From: Takakia lepidozioides | Taxonomy: Eukaryota > Plantae > Bryophyta | Assembly: GCA_030704615.1 (NCBI GenBank) | Contig: CM060732.1 | Coordinates: 38,254,001 to 38,318,000 of the forward strand | Direction: 5' to 3' | DNA: 64,000 nucleotides | In this document: piece by piece, positions 51,331-64,000 of the stretch | Layout of the letters: every line of letters starts with the position of its first letter | How positions within the stretch are numbered: the stretch's first letter is position 1 | Program-made: the position numbers and the translations under genes | The notes under the pieces: generated by a model | Told to the model about the DNA's origin: nothing | The model's input: only the letters and a program-made list of their open reading frames with translations | Databases searched by the model: none

Positions 51331-54300
51331 GAATCTGAACATGACAGGCTGCAACAATCTGATTTTTCAGTATACAAGATGCTTGTTTATATGCTTGGCT
51401 TGTTGTCATGACCTGTACATAAACAAACCCCGCCCTCCCACCCTGTTTTATCGTGAATGATTGGATGAAATCAATTGGGAAGTCATGACTAGAATGGAAG
51501 TGTTAGATGGTGCCCTGTTTATGGTATGAGTATCTTCCCTCTCTCTCCCTCTCTTTTAAGCTCCCGACGTGTCTTGTGACTTGTTGATTTGCAATGCAGT
51601 GTCTGCAACTTGAGAAATATGGATCAGCGACAAATGGTTGCTGTAAAAGAGGAAGCATTAGAGATGGCCCCGGGTTTAAGCGATCAGTCCCCTAGTCTTA
51701 TTTCTGACAGTGGCATGTCATATCTATAGCCAGGTGGATCTGTTAGTAATGAAAGATTCAGTATACTGGAATTCTTTACTCAGGAGGAACATCAGGAATA
51801 CAGTACCCTTAACGGGCTCCCTATTTATCTAAGAGCTAGCATTGATTGCCGGTAGGTGGCACTAAACAGTGCCAATGAGTTTCTTTATTACATCCTAGGG
51901 ATACTGGAATGTGCATTAGTTTCTATCTTTTTATTTATTGTTGTGAGTTCTATCTTTCAGGAAATATTTCCACTCACAGTCCTCAAATCATCGCAACGTT
52001 ATCTAAGTCACGTATGACTATAGCTTGCAATGATCATAACCCTCATATTCTATGACTTTCTGTAGTCTGCAGGCTCATAACTGTTTCCTCAAAAACCGAA
52101 CAGGCATGCAAAGTGTCAGTGTTGCATGTGGGTGGAGAAGCTGTGAGGAATAATGTCAAATCTAGGAGTTTTTGGAAGGTCGGTGAAATTTTTGCTCAAT
52201 GCAGGCTTTTCATTGTGAAGTTATGCTTAAAGCAGAAGTTCCACTGTCAACATAATTAATGAAAACATGTTCAAGTCCTCTGCACTTCATCTTTGTGCAT
52301 CAAGTGTACGGACGCAATTCTTGTCTTGTGACACAGAGCTGGAAGACTGGATTTATAGCAGCACATATAGGTATTGAATGTATAATGAGAATGTTTCACT
52401 TGCAGACATGAGAGATTCGAGCTCCAACTGCCGAGGAGCTCTCCATTGTACCTCATGGAAGCTTCATCAAGGTAAGCCTTGGTATTTATATTCAATGGGT
52501 CAAAGCACACTAATAGGACCCAAAAAAGATGTCACAAACTGTTTTCCAGCACATATGGTGCAATCGATCCAAATTTAGGATATTGAGTTCAGTATGAAAC
52601 CACAGATACATTATATCATTGGAAAGCCCTTGAAGTTTTTGTCATGCCCATATAAATTGTTTTGTGATTTGACAAGTTTAAGGGGTCCTAAAGGAGTCTT
52701 GAATAGTACAAGGTTCAAATGTCCCAAAATGTTGTAGTCCTTTAAGACTTATTTTCACACCCATAACATGTGAAGGTCCTATCAGGGATTTTCATGTGCT
52801 TATGTAAGGTATGGAAGAATGCAAAAAGGACAGTAGACCTGCAAAACCAGAAAAACCCATTATCATAGGAATTTCTTACTACGCGGTACGCATTACTTAG
52901 GGCACCAAACTTTGATACTACTAAACCTCAAAATTTGAACATAGTTCTTTCACCAAAAATGTTTAGTTACTGAAAAAGAAGAAGGTCATGTCCTTGAAAT
53001 GACTACAAGGTCCTCCAATTTTGAATTTGAGGCCAAAATGAGTTCTTACAAATAGTGTATCATTCATTGCAAATTATTTTAAAATTAAAAATATATCAAA
53101 TAAACTCCTAAAAATTATACGAGCATCTGCAGCACTGAAGTAGGCATCAAACACATCAAACCCGACTTGAATGCGATGAGGGAAAAGCAAATGGTAGCAA
53201 ACGGAAGTCGAGTTAGTATCGTAAACTCAAAATTAGCGGTGTACGAGCAAAATTGGAGGTGTACAAGAGGGTGTACGAACATCTGATGGATGGGGTCGAG
53301 GTGCCTACTATCATCTATAAATTTCATCACGTTTTCATCGCAACATGTCATGTCCACACGCCGCGGTGTAACGCGCTAGCAGTCAAAATTTAGTCCTTTC
53401 AGGAGTGTCAGTGGTACACATTAGCATGCTTTCACCCCAACTCAAGTGTACATCGTTGGATCTTCATCACTTGTCGTACTCAACTTGGATGAAATTGTTT
53501 AGCCAAAAGATTCAGTTCTCCACACAAGTATTCATGGCTGCAAAGGTTGTGAGTAGAGATTACAGAGTTGAACCGCAAGGTCTTAATGTGGAATGTGGAA
53601 GATGTCTAATGCAAGCTTAAAGATTACTACTTCCCCTACATTCAGGTACTCCCAAAGGGCTTCAAAACAAGGCTATTCGTACATTGTATCCATCCATTAA
53701 GTGTTCCCTTGAGTCTGTTGGTTTTTGTTAGAGGGGTGTAATGGTCTTATCTGATTGATATATTCATATGCATATTTCGTGGGCAGGCTTCTAACTTAAT
53801 GAATCTCATGTGTGGTGAGCTTTCTCTATTAGACCTTCAAGCAAGCCCGGTGTATTTGTGTCTTTGCGCTCATCAAGTCAATATCGGGTCGGGTTCAGTC
53901 GAATTTTTGGAGATGGAGTACAATCTCATGTGTTGTTTGTGGAAAAACTTAAACAAAGACTAGGAATTTTTCTGATACATTGGACCTTTGGGACCTTTGC
54001 CATAAAATTAAATTCCATTCTAACGTCACAAATTATTCTTATGCAAAATGACGAGAGTAGCAGCTTGTTGTCTTTGAGATGTGGGGCTGCCCATGTTTGA
54101 CATGGAGGATGCCATGATATTGAACAAGTTTGCTGTGGAGCGTGGATCAAGGTCTCAAGGATATGCCTGAAGTGGGCACTCTTGAAGAGTGGTTGCGGAG
54201 TAGTAGTTTAGTTGTTCAAAATAGATCTACAATACAATGGAGGATGACTCCAATACCAAAGTGTATGCTACTCCGTTTATCAGTAAAGCATTTAATAATT

Positions 54301-54476
54301 TTCACTTGTGTGTCTGCTGAGCTCGAATTGGTTGACTACTAGCTCTAGAGCTCCATACTATTTAATAAAATTGGTTGGTACTTAGCATTTCATGCCGGAC
54401 ACCGTTGTGATGTGTTGCATTATGCAAACAAAAGTAACCGGATCAATGAATCTTTCATGAAGTTTTCTTATTATAA

Positions 54477-57191
54477 CCCCTAAATGCCCAAACCCTTTTC
54501 TTCCCAGTGTAAAACTCGGAATCCTCAAATCTGGGGTTGATGTTTTGGCAAATAAAAACCAATTTTTGAGTTATTCCAACCGTACAGATGCGTGCAGAAT
54601 GACCTCAAGAAGCTCTCATAAACATTTCAGCCCATTTGGATGACATGAGACCCTCCATCTTAGCAGGGTTGAAATGGTGGTGGAGAGACCTTTCAGCCCT
54701 TGTGAAGGCCCTGAAAAATGCCTCTCATTTTTTTAGTAATATGGTCATGAATACATGGGCGGGCCCCGCCAGTACGGTCCTTGGGGTGAGCTCATAAGCC
54801 CACCGCCCATTCACCGGATTGGCCAGATTCTAAAATTTCTCTAAGTCCTTGTTCATTTACCGTGGCGGACCTTCTACAGACTGGGCAGACCCTCTAATAG
54901 ACCGACTCTAACCTTCTAGCAGACAGACCCTCCAGCAGACCGACAGACCCTCCAAGCAGACCCCCCTCCAGCAGACCGGCTTGGACCCTCCAACAGACCG
55001 GCAGACCCTTTAGACAAAATATATATTTAATAATACACATTACTGCCGCAGTACAACCTGACAGGATTTGAACACTACATCTTGCGAGAGAGAGAAGACT
55101 CCGGCTGAAGCCGGCGTAACTAAGAGCCACTTCACCTTTCGGCTACCTTTCGGGGGTGGGCCCTATATATATATATATATAACTAAAGAGAGAGTGTCAT
55201 GAGGGACACCAGGTAGCCGGGGGGGGGGGTGGGGGTTGTGGAGGGCCTATGGGCCCCGAGGCGCATTAGAAGAACCAGACTCGAGTTGGCGTTTGTTGGT
55301 GATGATAGCTATGAGGGAACGGAGTGCGGTGAGGTGGATTTCCTTGAAGCATTTATGGATGGGGGGTGGGGAATTTTGAAGTTATTATGTATATCATTGA
55401 TGCTGGCGTTGTGGATGCCGCCCCTTGTTCCGGCAGTGACAATCGTGAGTGGGCCTGTTGCCCAACCCTGCCTTCAAATTGCCAAGATGAGGGGGGCATA
55501 TTTTTGTCGTTTCTCAAGGATGGAGTCGCTAGGGTACCTATCGTGGCAAAATGCAAATTCGATGAAGTGGACGGTAAATTGTGGGGACGGGGAGGCAGGT
55601 GCTGGGGCAGTAGTGGGTAGACCTTGGATAATAAGTATGTCTGGGCAAAGTCTAGCTGGGCAGGAGCATGGTGATTGGGTACATGTGCATGGTAGCAACC
55701 ATGGCGGTACAGTGTGGTCTGATGGTCTTCCCTGGTAAGTACCAGCATTAATGAGCGTGAACCAACGTGTCTCAGCACGTTTTGAGAAGAGTTTAATGCA
55801 GGTGTCATACTACGTGGTTGTGTCGGGTAATATATAGGCCGTGAATAACCGGGTGTGTGCATCGACTAAGGAGGTGAGGCCAGGTATCCCGTTCGTGATG
55901 TGTTGTTGAGCACATGGGGCAGTATGGTGATGGGTAGAGTCGTGGCCATAAAATATGCTTACGTTGATGACCCATGTATTGTGCGTATCTGAACTTGATT
56001 GTTTGATGGATTTGCGCATCAGTGGTAGCTTTGGTTTGCCAAAAGTGGTTTGAGAGTTTGTGGTGCAACACTTTGGATTTGGTCCATTTTTTAATATGGA
56101 CCTTTGTATGGCTAATTGAGTCAGCAGCTTGTTTATTGGCTTCACGGGTGAGAGTGGCTAAGAGATTACGTATTGGTCGGGGTGCAGGGGGATCTGGGAC
56201 ATGGTGAATAAACCAGAATGGGTGAGTGTGGGCAATGTGGATAGGGTCATCCGTGAAGTAGACTTTGGTTATAGTGGCGCCAAGTTGGGCGAGTAGATCT
56301 GCTTCCTTATTACCTTGGATGCCAGTGTGGGAGCGGACTTTGAGAAATTGGATTGGGTGTCTTATAGTTATAGCAGTGTTAACAATGGCTGTAATGAGAT
56401 TGCGATCAGGGTGATGATGATGGGAAGAAGGACGGGATATATGGTTGCGGATCAGAAATAGGGAGGTGAGGCTGTCTGTGAAGATGAAGTATGGGGGCGG
56501 GAAGGAGTCTAGCAGGAGGAGGGCATCATATATGGCCATCAGTTCGGCCCTTAGGATGGTAGCCGGAGGGCGACCCCTTGCCTTGTTCCTGCATGATAAA
56601 TACCATAGCCCGCATCGGGCTGGGTGAGGGAACCGTCAGTGTAGTGTTGCTGAGGGGATATTTGGGGGTAGTGTTTTGTTGATAAATTAGGGGGATTGGG
56701 GGGGGGGGGGCGGAACCGCTATGCTGCAGGCTTTGATTTGGTCCGAGAGAGGGTGACGGGTGTTGTGGTGTAGGGGCCACATCTTGTGTTTATTATTCAT
56801 TGCTCTTAACCACCACACTTACCCGCCACTTTCTGCAAACCTCTGCAATAATTAATGCTTTATGTGCATATTGTGGGCCCCAGCAGACCAGCTTGCCGGG
56901 CAGACCCAGCAGCAGACTGGCCGGGTCCGGGTAGGGGCGCTCCTACCCTCCGCGACCCCTCTGCCACACACGGGCCCCGCCGCAGCCACACGCGCGGGCA
57001 TTCATGACCTTATTATTGTTAAATGAGAAGGCTGAAAAATAGCTATGTAATGAAGAAAAAAATGAAAAAAAATCTAAATTAGGCCACCAGATTTACCTAC
57101 ATGACTGAATTTGTTTTTTAGAAAAATATTTTTTCCGACTTTTATGACCCATCTGACTTTGGACGAAAACGTCCTTCTGGGCATTTAGGGG
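54477..57191. mobile_element. piggyBac-like non-autonomous DNA transposon
   Basis: Perfect 14-bp TIR CCCCTAAATGCCCA / TGGGCATTTAGGGG with 4-bp direct repeat ATAA (54473-76 / 57192-95). Internal CAGACC repeats. Confidence 0.75.
55020..56620 (-). mobile_element. 5'-truncated LINE with RNase H, CCHC finger and restriction-like endonuclease (Dualen/RandI-like)
   Basis: ILRAELMAI..FTDSLTSL..KVRSHTGIQGNKEADLLA (RNase H); CPMC..HLLSRC; ITRHN; CPDILII..HFIEFAFCHD..EKRQKYAPL (RLE). Boundaries approximate. Confidence 0.8.
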
Positions 57192-57727
57192 ATAAGTGCA
57201 CGATTTTTGCATAAAAAATTAGGGTCAGAATCATACACCTTCTATTGGAGTGTTAAATATTTGAGAATGATATTACATCTGTTTATTTCAGAAGAATGTG
57301 ACAAACACATTGCTTCTATGGTTGTCTCCAATACACGATATCTGTGTGAAGAAATCATGAACCTATGAAAGAACCGACTCCAATTATCAAATTGTTGGCG
57401 CTCAAATCGAGATGTAGGCCTAACGGAAATCCGGGAGACCATGACTCCAAAATTCTCATAGCCAAAAGAAGCGTAAGGTGTGATAATATGATACCTATCG
57501 AAACAAGAAAGGCTTCCTTGAAACCCCGCTGCAGAACAAGTGCCTAAAGTGCTGAAAAGGAGAGAAGGGCAAGACAGTTACGAATATGTAGACCAGTTTC
57601 ATTCGGCCCAGTTAATTCTAGAGTGGTCCAGGAATTAGCGTGGTCCAGGAGTTAAAAGAGGGGGCCAATGTATTAAGGCCATTTGTATTATTTAATGAAA
57701 TGAATGGTCCAAAAATTAAGGATTGAC

Positions 57728-57830
57728 TTTCTAGCATGGGGTTTCTAGATAGTTCTAGTTCTAGCTGACTTTCTAGATAGTTCTAGTTCTAGTTGACTTT
57801 CTACATAGTTCCAGTTTCTAGATACTTCTA
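57728..57830. repeat. Short TTCTAG-based tandem repeat
   Basis: ttctagatagttctagttctag repeated 2-3 times. Confidence 0.6.
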
Positions 57831-58574
57831 CAATATGTCGGTATGGTGAGAAGCAATTGACTAGTTGTTTGTAACTTGTGTCTGGCACAGGCACTAGTGG
57901 CGTGTCTCACTAGTGGTTTGAGAGCCAGTGTGAGTAGTTGTTTGCTATGTTGGGGGTCGGGCTAGGTATGGCAAGTAGGATCAAAGTGGCTGCAAGACGG
58001 AAAGACAAGGCGACCGAGGGTGCAGAGAAGTTCATAGAGGCAAGTGTTACTATCGGTCCCCTTTATTCCACTTGATTTAGCGACACTCACCACGCATTTT
58101 AGTGAATGGTGGCTTCCTGTATAACAACCTGCGGTAGGTTGACTCTCGGTTCTCATTTCTGCAACTCTTGCGTTCCCACTTTTCAAACTTTCTATACTTT
58201 ATTAATAAAGTTTGACGCTCGACCATCCAACAAATAGTTAATTGGTGGAGTCAGTAAAGTTCACATACCTTGAATTCACGGCGCTTATTCCCGTGAATCG
58301 CACCCGCGGGCCCTGCCAGGCGCCTTACATTGTGTAAGCGCCATGTACAGCGTGGCGGGGGTGCTTACACAAATGTAAGGCGCCCTAGGGTGCTTAAGTA
58401 TATCACAAGGTAACCGCCCTAGGGCACTTACACAAACCAAAGCTACTTATTGAAAAACGAGAATCTAACTCATGATCGCGCAGCCTGAATTCCAGCCAGG
58501 GAGACTACTGTTCGTGCTGTATTCATTGTCACGTATTACAATTGTAGTATTACAATTGTAGCGAGTTGTCACCA

Positions 58575-59135
58575 ATGCCGTCCTCGCAGATCCTCCCCTT
58601 GTTGTGGATTGGGGATGAGTATGCTGCCAGTGTGCCCGATTTCGGCTATGTCTTAAACATCACGATAGAAGTTGGCAAGAGCAGCCTCCTTGCCGACGAT
58701 GTTTCCTTTCAGCGCTTCCCGATCTTCGATTATGGAGGCGAGAAGCAACAGCAGGTCATGTTCAATTTCTTCAGCCATTCTTGATCCCTCATCGAGCAAG
58801 GCATGGCGTGGGGTCGGCGGGTGCTGGTGCATTGTGTGGAAGGCAAGCAACGGTCGTGCGCAGTGGTCGCCGCTTACTTGATATCTGCCATGGGGCTTAC
58901 GGCTTCGCAGGCCAAGGACTACATCCTCGAGAAACGTCCAGAGGCGTTTCACTCTGGCACCCATGTGAACTTTGCACCAGCGCTGGAGCGTTGGGAGAAG
59001 ACTACGAGGAGCAAATGCAACACGTCAGCCAGAAACGTCTACCTCCCTGTTCAGAATCGAAAGTCCGCAAAACTAAAACCAAGAACTGTCCTCCGAGAAC
59101 TGTACGCAAATAGTTCCGATGATGGTAATTTGTAG
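58575..59135 (+). pseudogene. Intronless dual-specificity protein phosphatase with one frameshift (~58780)
   Basis: SQILPLLWIGD..VLNIT..RFPIFD / VLVHCVEGKQRSCAVVAAYLI..ILEKRPEAF..NFAPALERW; CX5R motif intact. Confidence 0.88.
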
Positions 59136-61409
59136 TCAGAGTTTTTCAACAGCGTAGGTTACGCTGTAGAGAAACTTATCTGGGTGGTTTTAGTTCCACC
59201 ATTCAATGAATTCAGTGTTTGGTTTTCGGGAAGCCAAGCCCTTTGCTTAATTTAAGTCCACAACACAATTGTGGCACGCACTGCCATGGAGCACCAGGAG
59301 AAAGGAGCCCTGGGCATTGGGAAGACACTGGACGATGGCAGCACACGATTGATGCCACAGAAGAGGGCTAAGGTGTGCTCCGCTGTGGCAGATAACAGTC
59401 CACAAAACGCAGGTGAGCCACACAGTGGACCTGGTGATGTGGGCGAAACTTGACATTGAGGTGTTTCGAAATTTTGTTAGGTCATATCAATAACTCCGCA
59501 TCAGGTTTCGTCGTATGGATTCGTTTCGGTTGATCGGAGGGTATCTCAACGTGTCCGTGTTTCATGTTAACAACCTGTTGGATAGTTGGCGATAAATCCT
59601 CGGTGGGTGCCTTGAGGACCTGCTCTAGTCAATAATTTATGTGGTCATCATCATGTGCTAGTTTTCAATTTGATAAGCACTTCATTCTAGCGGCATTGTG
59701 TCCGCTGGATACCAAACGGACACTTTTCAAAATCTTTTCACTGCGAAATTTCTAGTCATGGATATGCATTACGGGGATGTGCACTCCAGGTGTCTTACTT
59801 TATTTGTGGCGCATCATCCAAGAATAGCTGAGCTCCGAAACAAATTTTCCAGGCGAGGTGCGCTCATACTTTGTCTCATATTTGGCTGAAGATCCTCCAG
59901 CTAAAATCTCCAAAGCATCAGCACTGGATCCTCATGTTCATGGCAAGGAGAGCTGCCAAGAGCCCTGGAGTATGCAGAAGAGGCAACTCAGATAATCACA
60001 TTTCTTTACAAGCTCGTTCCAGGAGTTGCAAGCAGAAGCTTTGGGCTGCATGTTGCTCGTCCTGCTCAGGTCTCAATTCCACTCCACGGTCAAGCATTAA
60101 CTGCTGTGACAGGAAACGTATCTTTTCCTGGAATGTTTACATCAATGTGAATTCGGTCCCTTTGCTCATGGTGTGATTTGAAATGTGGATGTTTCGAAGT
60201 TCTTGTCATGTTTCAGGGAGTGTAAAAAGTTAGGGTACACGATCTTGAAGGACACAAAGTTGAAGGGAAACAATATAAGCAGCAGAAAACGGAACTCCTT
60301 GCTGACCCTTGTGACTGTTAATTTTGGCTCTTAATGATCACCAGTGAGTTTCTTCCAAACCCCCTCCTGAAACTAACACCAAAGTCAAAGCACAAGCTTG
60401 ATTTGATGATGTGTTATGCCTTCGTTTTCGAAGGTTGGGTGCTGCAAGCAGCAACCATGGCAACAGAGCTCGAGAATGCTCACAGATCACATCTGCACAG
60501 AAGCTCAAGCAGACATCCATTGGAAAGTGTTTCTCAACTCAGTCGATGTGATGAAGGCAATCTCTTAGAAAATGCTCCAGAAACTGAAGGCAGTCCTTTG
60601 AAAATGTCAAAGCTGTCACTAGGTGAAGTTCTCGACCTCCTATTGGATCATGAATGCAAAGATAGCTTTAGTGAGAGTGAGGTGGATGAGCTAGCAACCG
60701 TTTTGGAAAGGCAAGTTACAAAGGTAGTGGGAAATCAGGATGATGCACTTTAGGCTGTAAAGGGAGCGCATGCTCGGGCCAATGCATTTTGTAATACGTC
60801 ATCTATGGTAATTGATACCTCCAAATTGTAGAGGTGAGTAGGGACCAAGAGCAATTTCAGTTCTAAATGTGTGGGCTTGGCTGCATCTTGCAAGACCTGT
60901 CACATAAACATAGCACTGAGGGGTTCACACCTCGCGTGGATTTTAAGGTAGCAGGCACGTGACAGTTTCTGTTGCTCTTTCTCACGCATTCCATTGACCA
61001 TGTCATGGCTTTTGTCATGTCTTGTGAAGATTTCGGTCTTGGCTTGCTGATTGTGTGCAATGTGAGCAAGAAGCTCTTTGGAAGAAACACCTTCAAAATG
61101 GGAAGACTACTGAAAGTTCAGTCAAGTCTTCCTGAGAGTCATTAGAGTCATTATCTTCATCTTACAGCGCGTTTTTGTGGACTCTTACCTGTTGAGGGAC
61201 AACCAACTTACAACATTCTTTTACTCCTGGTACAAACAATCCTTATCAAGCAAGACAAAGAATGGGGAGGTTTGTCTCAAGGGTCAATTGTCCCTGTCAG
61301 ACAAGTGTCAGCTCCTCAAGCCTTTTCAACTTAATCTAATGCAATAAATCGGTTATGGCAAATGTAGCCAAGTGGGTGACAAAGTTCCTCTTCTGAGAGC
61401 TAGCCGCCA

Positions 61410-63842
61410 GCTCTCCTCATGCTCGATTTCCAAAAAGCCTTTGATAATATAGACTGGCTCTTCCTCCAAGAGACACTCCACAAGGTTGGATTACGGGGTA
61501 ACTTCCTAAACTGGATCACAATCCTCCTTCATTCTGCATCTAGTAGAATTCTTATTAATGGTTACCTCTCTCCCCAATTCCAGCTCCATCGTTCAGTGAG
61601 ACAAGGATGCCCGATAGCACCCTTTCTTTTTTTGGTGGCAGCAGACGCGCTTAAACATCTTCTTCATGCCAATAATGAGCTGCAGGGGCTGAAAATTCTG
61701 AGAGTTCTTCCCCAACCACTCTCGGTCAAATCCTCCATGTACGCAGACGACACTACGCTCCTTATTGACAGCAGCACGGAGAGGAATGTCACCCTTATGT
61801 TGAATACCCTTCAGCTTTTTTGTGATGCCTCTGGTCTGAGCATCAATTGGGAAAAATCGGTTGCCATCCTTTCCAAGCTTAACCCGGGTTCTTTGTTATC
61901 TCATTCTGCTCCGTGGGGGGAGAACATGGGTCTAAATTGGCTCGAGGATGGCCAGGCACACACCCTTTTGGGCCACCTCATTGGGCACGGGCTGACTGAT
62001 GCTCAACGTTGCCAGGTTGTCATTACGAAGCTCAAGAAAAAACTTATCCACTGGAGCTCGATTTTTTTTGTCACTAGCTGGTAGGGCTCTTGTGGCCAAC
62101 CAGGTCCTTCTCGCTTCGTTTTGGTATAAGCCTCGGTTTCTCCTGGTCTCCTGGCTCTGACATTATTAAGCAAGTGAAATCCCTGGGTTCGTAATTTCCT
62201 ATGGGGTGCCACCCCGGCCTCCCCCTCCCGCAGAGCCTTGGTTAGCTAGGCTCAAATCACTCAGCCAAAAAAGTTTGGGGGTCTGGGAATATTAGACCCA
62301 GCAACCCAGATCACTTCACTTTTAGCCAAGTGGGTCCCTCGAATGCTAATTCATGTCAACTCGCCTTGGAGTATGTTGGTCGATAGCATGTCATGTCGTC
62401 GTCTCCTGTTGCAGGGCAATGGCCCTCTTCTCTCAGATGGCTGGTTCAAGGTACGCCCAACTCTAAAGGTATATGGCACGGATCTCAGGCCTGGCGCTCC
62501 ATATGGAGTGCCTGGACCAAAATCCGGCCATTCTTGTATCAAAAAACACCATTGTCGATGGATGAGGCTCTTAGACAGCCTGTATTTCTGAACTACAATG
62601 CAGACTCAGATCTCTTGATCAAGAACTCCAAGACATGGGCAGCCTGGGAATCCGCGGGCATCTCCCATTTCTCTCACTTTTGGGTAAATGGCTCCTTCTG
62701 CTCTCCTTCTGAATTCATGCCAGCCTTTTCAAGTAGAAGAGTGGCTGCTCTGAGCACTATCTCTGGTAACATACCTGATTCCTGGGTTTCTCTTTGCCCT
62801 CATCCAGTCAATAGGCTATCGCTCCCAGTCTGGCTTGGAGGTTCGTTGGGGCAATCACCTTTCGCTTTTTATGCCACTTGTAGGTCAGGGAACTCCCTCT
62901 CGGGATGGAAATTCACTTCTGATTCTATGGGTAACCTGTCGGAGCCAGGACGGGCTTCCTTCCTAGAGAACTCCTTGTGTGCTACAAGAGTTTTCTGTCT
63001 GGTCTCGGGAGAAATCAACCTGACACGCCCAGTGGCGATTGCTCAATACTCTGGTTCGTACAGATGGTTTCTACAGGCACCCATTCAGCAACTCCAGTAC
63101 GTTTGACCCTGGTGAGTGGTCGTGGATGACCAAGACGCATGACCCGTTCTTCCGATTCTCATGAAGCCTCCAATGATGATGAATTCTAAGTGGGATGCAA
63201 AGTGGCTACATATAACCAGCCATGTGCTGCCATGGAAGTCCATATGGACAGATGTCTGGAGGAAGGTTAGAGCAGCGAAAATTGCGGGGTTCCTTTGGAA
63301 GATCGCCAACCGGATCTTGCTTGTCTCGGCTTATATTGCAGACCCTAACAATGCTTGTACTGCTTGCTTATCTCTATCTCCTGAAACTGTCGAGCACTGT
63401 TTGTTGTCTTGCGATGGACAGCCCTGTCCATGTCTGGAGAGAGGTGTTTTCCTTTTATTCTTTCTGGAACAAGCCTCCCCAAGCCCATCCGGCTGCTCTA
63501 CTGCTAAATGCAAGTGATACAGGGCTTGTAAGCACCTGCCCAGTATGGGCGGTTCTGAGGGCACACACCCTTTGGAATATGTGGAGACATAGATGCACCT
63601 GGTACTATGAAGCTAAAAAAGGCTGTGCCAAAGTTGTTTTGTTTGGGGTTCACTCAGACATGATGTCTGAGGCAAGAAAAGCTTGGGGTGTTGTGTGTGT
63701 AGCTCTTTCAAGATGCTCTCAGGCTAGAAGAGAACAACTTCTCTCTGGCTTTGATACCACCTGCGCAAAAGGTGGTCGACTGTGCAGGAGAATCTCGGAT
63801 TCCACCGTCAGGTGGAATGACACCCTCCCGCAGGGTTGGTAG
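61410..63842 (+). mobile_element. 5'-truncated L1-group LINE ORF2 (RT and zinc finger), degenerate
   Basis: LDFQKAFDNIDW, RQGCPIAPFLF, YADDTTL, SGLSINWEKS, GGLGILD, CTAC..ETVEHCLLSC. Stops and frameshifts. Confidence 0.93.
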
Positions 63843-64000
63843 TTCCATGAGCACCCGACTATCTCCTGTCGAGGAAGAAGACTCTGATACAAATTACCGT
63901 CACCGCAGAAGCTTCAGAAAAGGGAAGTCCAAAGCGCAACTCTCCTTCGAGCCTTCTTCTCGGAAGCGCAGAGTTCTCTGAGCTCTCTCATGCTTGCATT

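Noticed and set aside
52480-54470. Possible additional DNA transposon hosting the piggyBac-like element
   Set aside because: TE-like composition, but no paired TIRs, TSD or transposase motif could be established.
59280-60753. Possible small spliced gene (MEHQEKG.. exon; ORF 60334-60753)
   Set aside because: Coding-like but no recognisable homology or verifiable exon chain; not supported enough to call.

Overview
Eukaryotic nuclear DNA from a transposon-rich region. It is most likely a seed-free land plant (bryophyte, lycophyte or fern), judged from PLS/E/DYW PPR remnants, a Tcn1-like chromovirus and moss-type hAT/MULE proteins. The only clearly intact host gene is an intronless 4-EF-hand calmodulin-like gene (26991-27533). 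The rest is nested mobile DNA and pseudogene debris: LINE 3' fragments, a decayed hAT, a Helitron-like element split by a Ty3/gypsy element (11623-26164, 4-bp TSD, dUTPase-like domain, permuted LTR ends) that itself contains a 6-kb gene-fragment-carrying CACTA, a PPR-E pseudogene interleaved with OSB-type PDF motifs and interrupted by a CACTA MITE and a self-priming chromovirus, a piggyBac-like element holding an RNaseH+RLE LINE, a frameshifted dual-specificity phosphatase and an L1. The most notable feature is a TSD-bounded 7.6-kb non-TIR Mutator-like element (42387-50011). Opposite its GCM/DDE/SWIM transposase it carries an intron-containing gene for a bacterial-type beta-class (N4C/N6A) DNA methyltransferase. 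All calls are by-eye motif recognition; no database searches were run.
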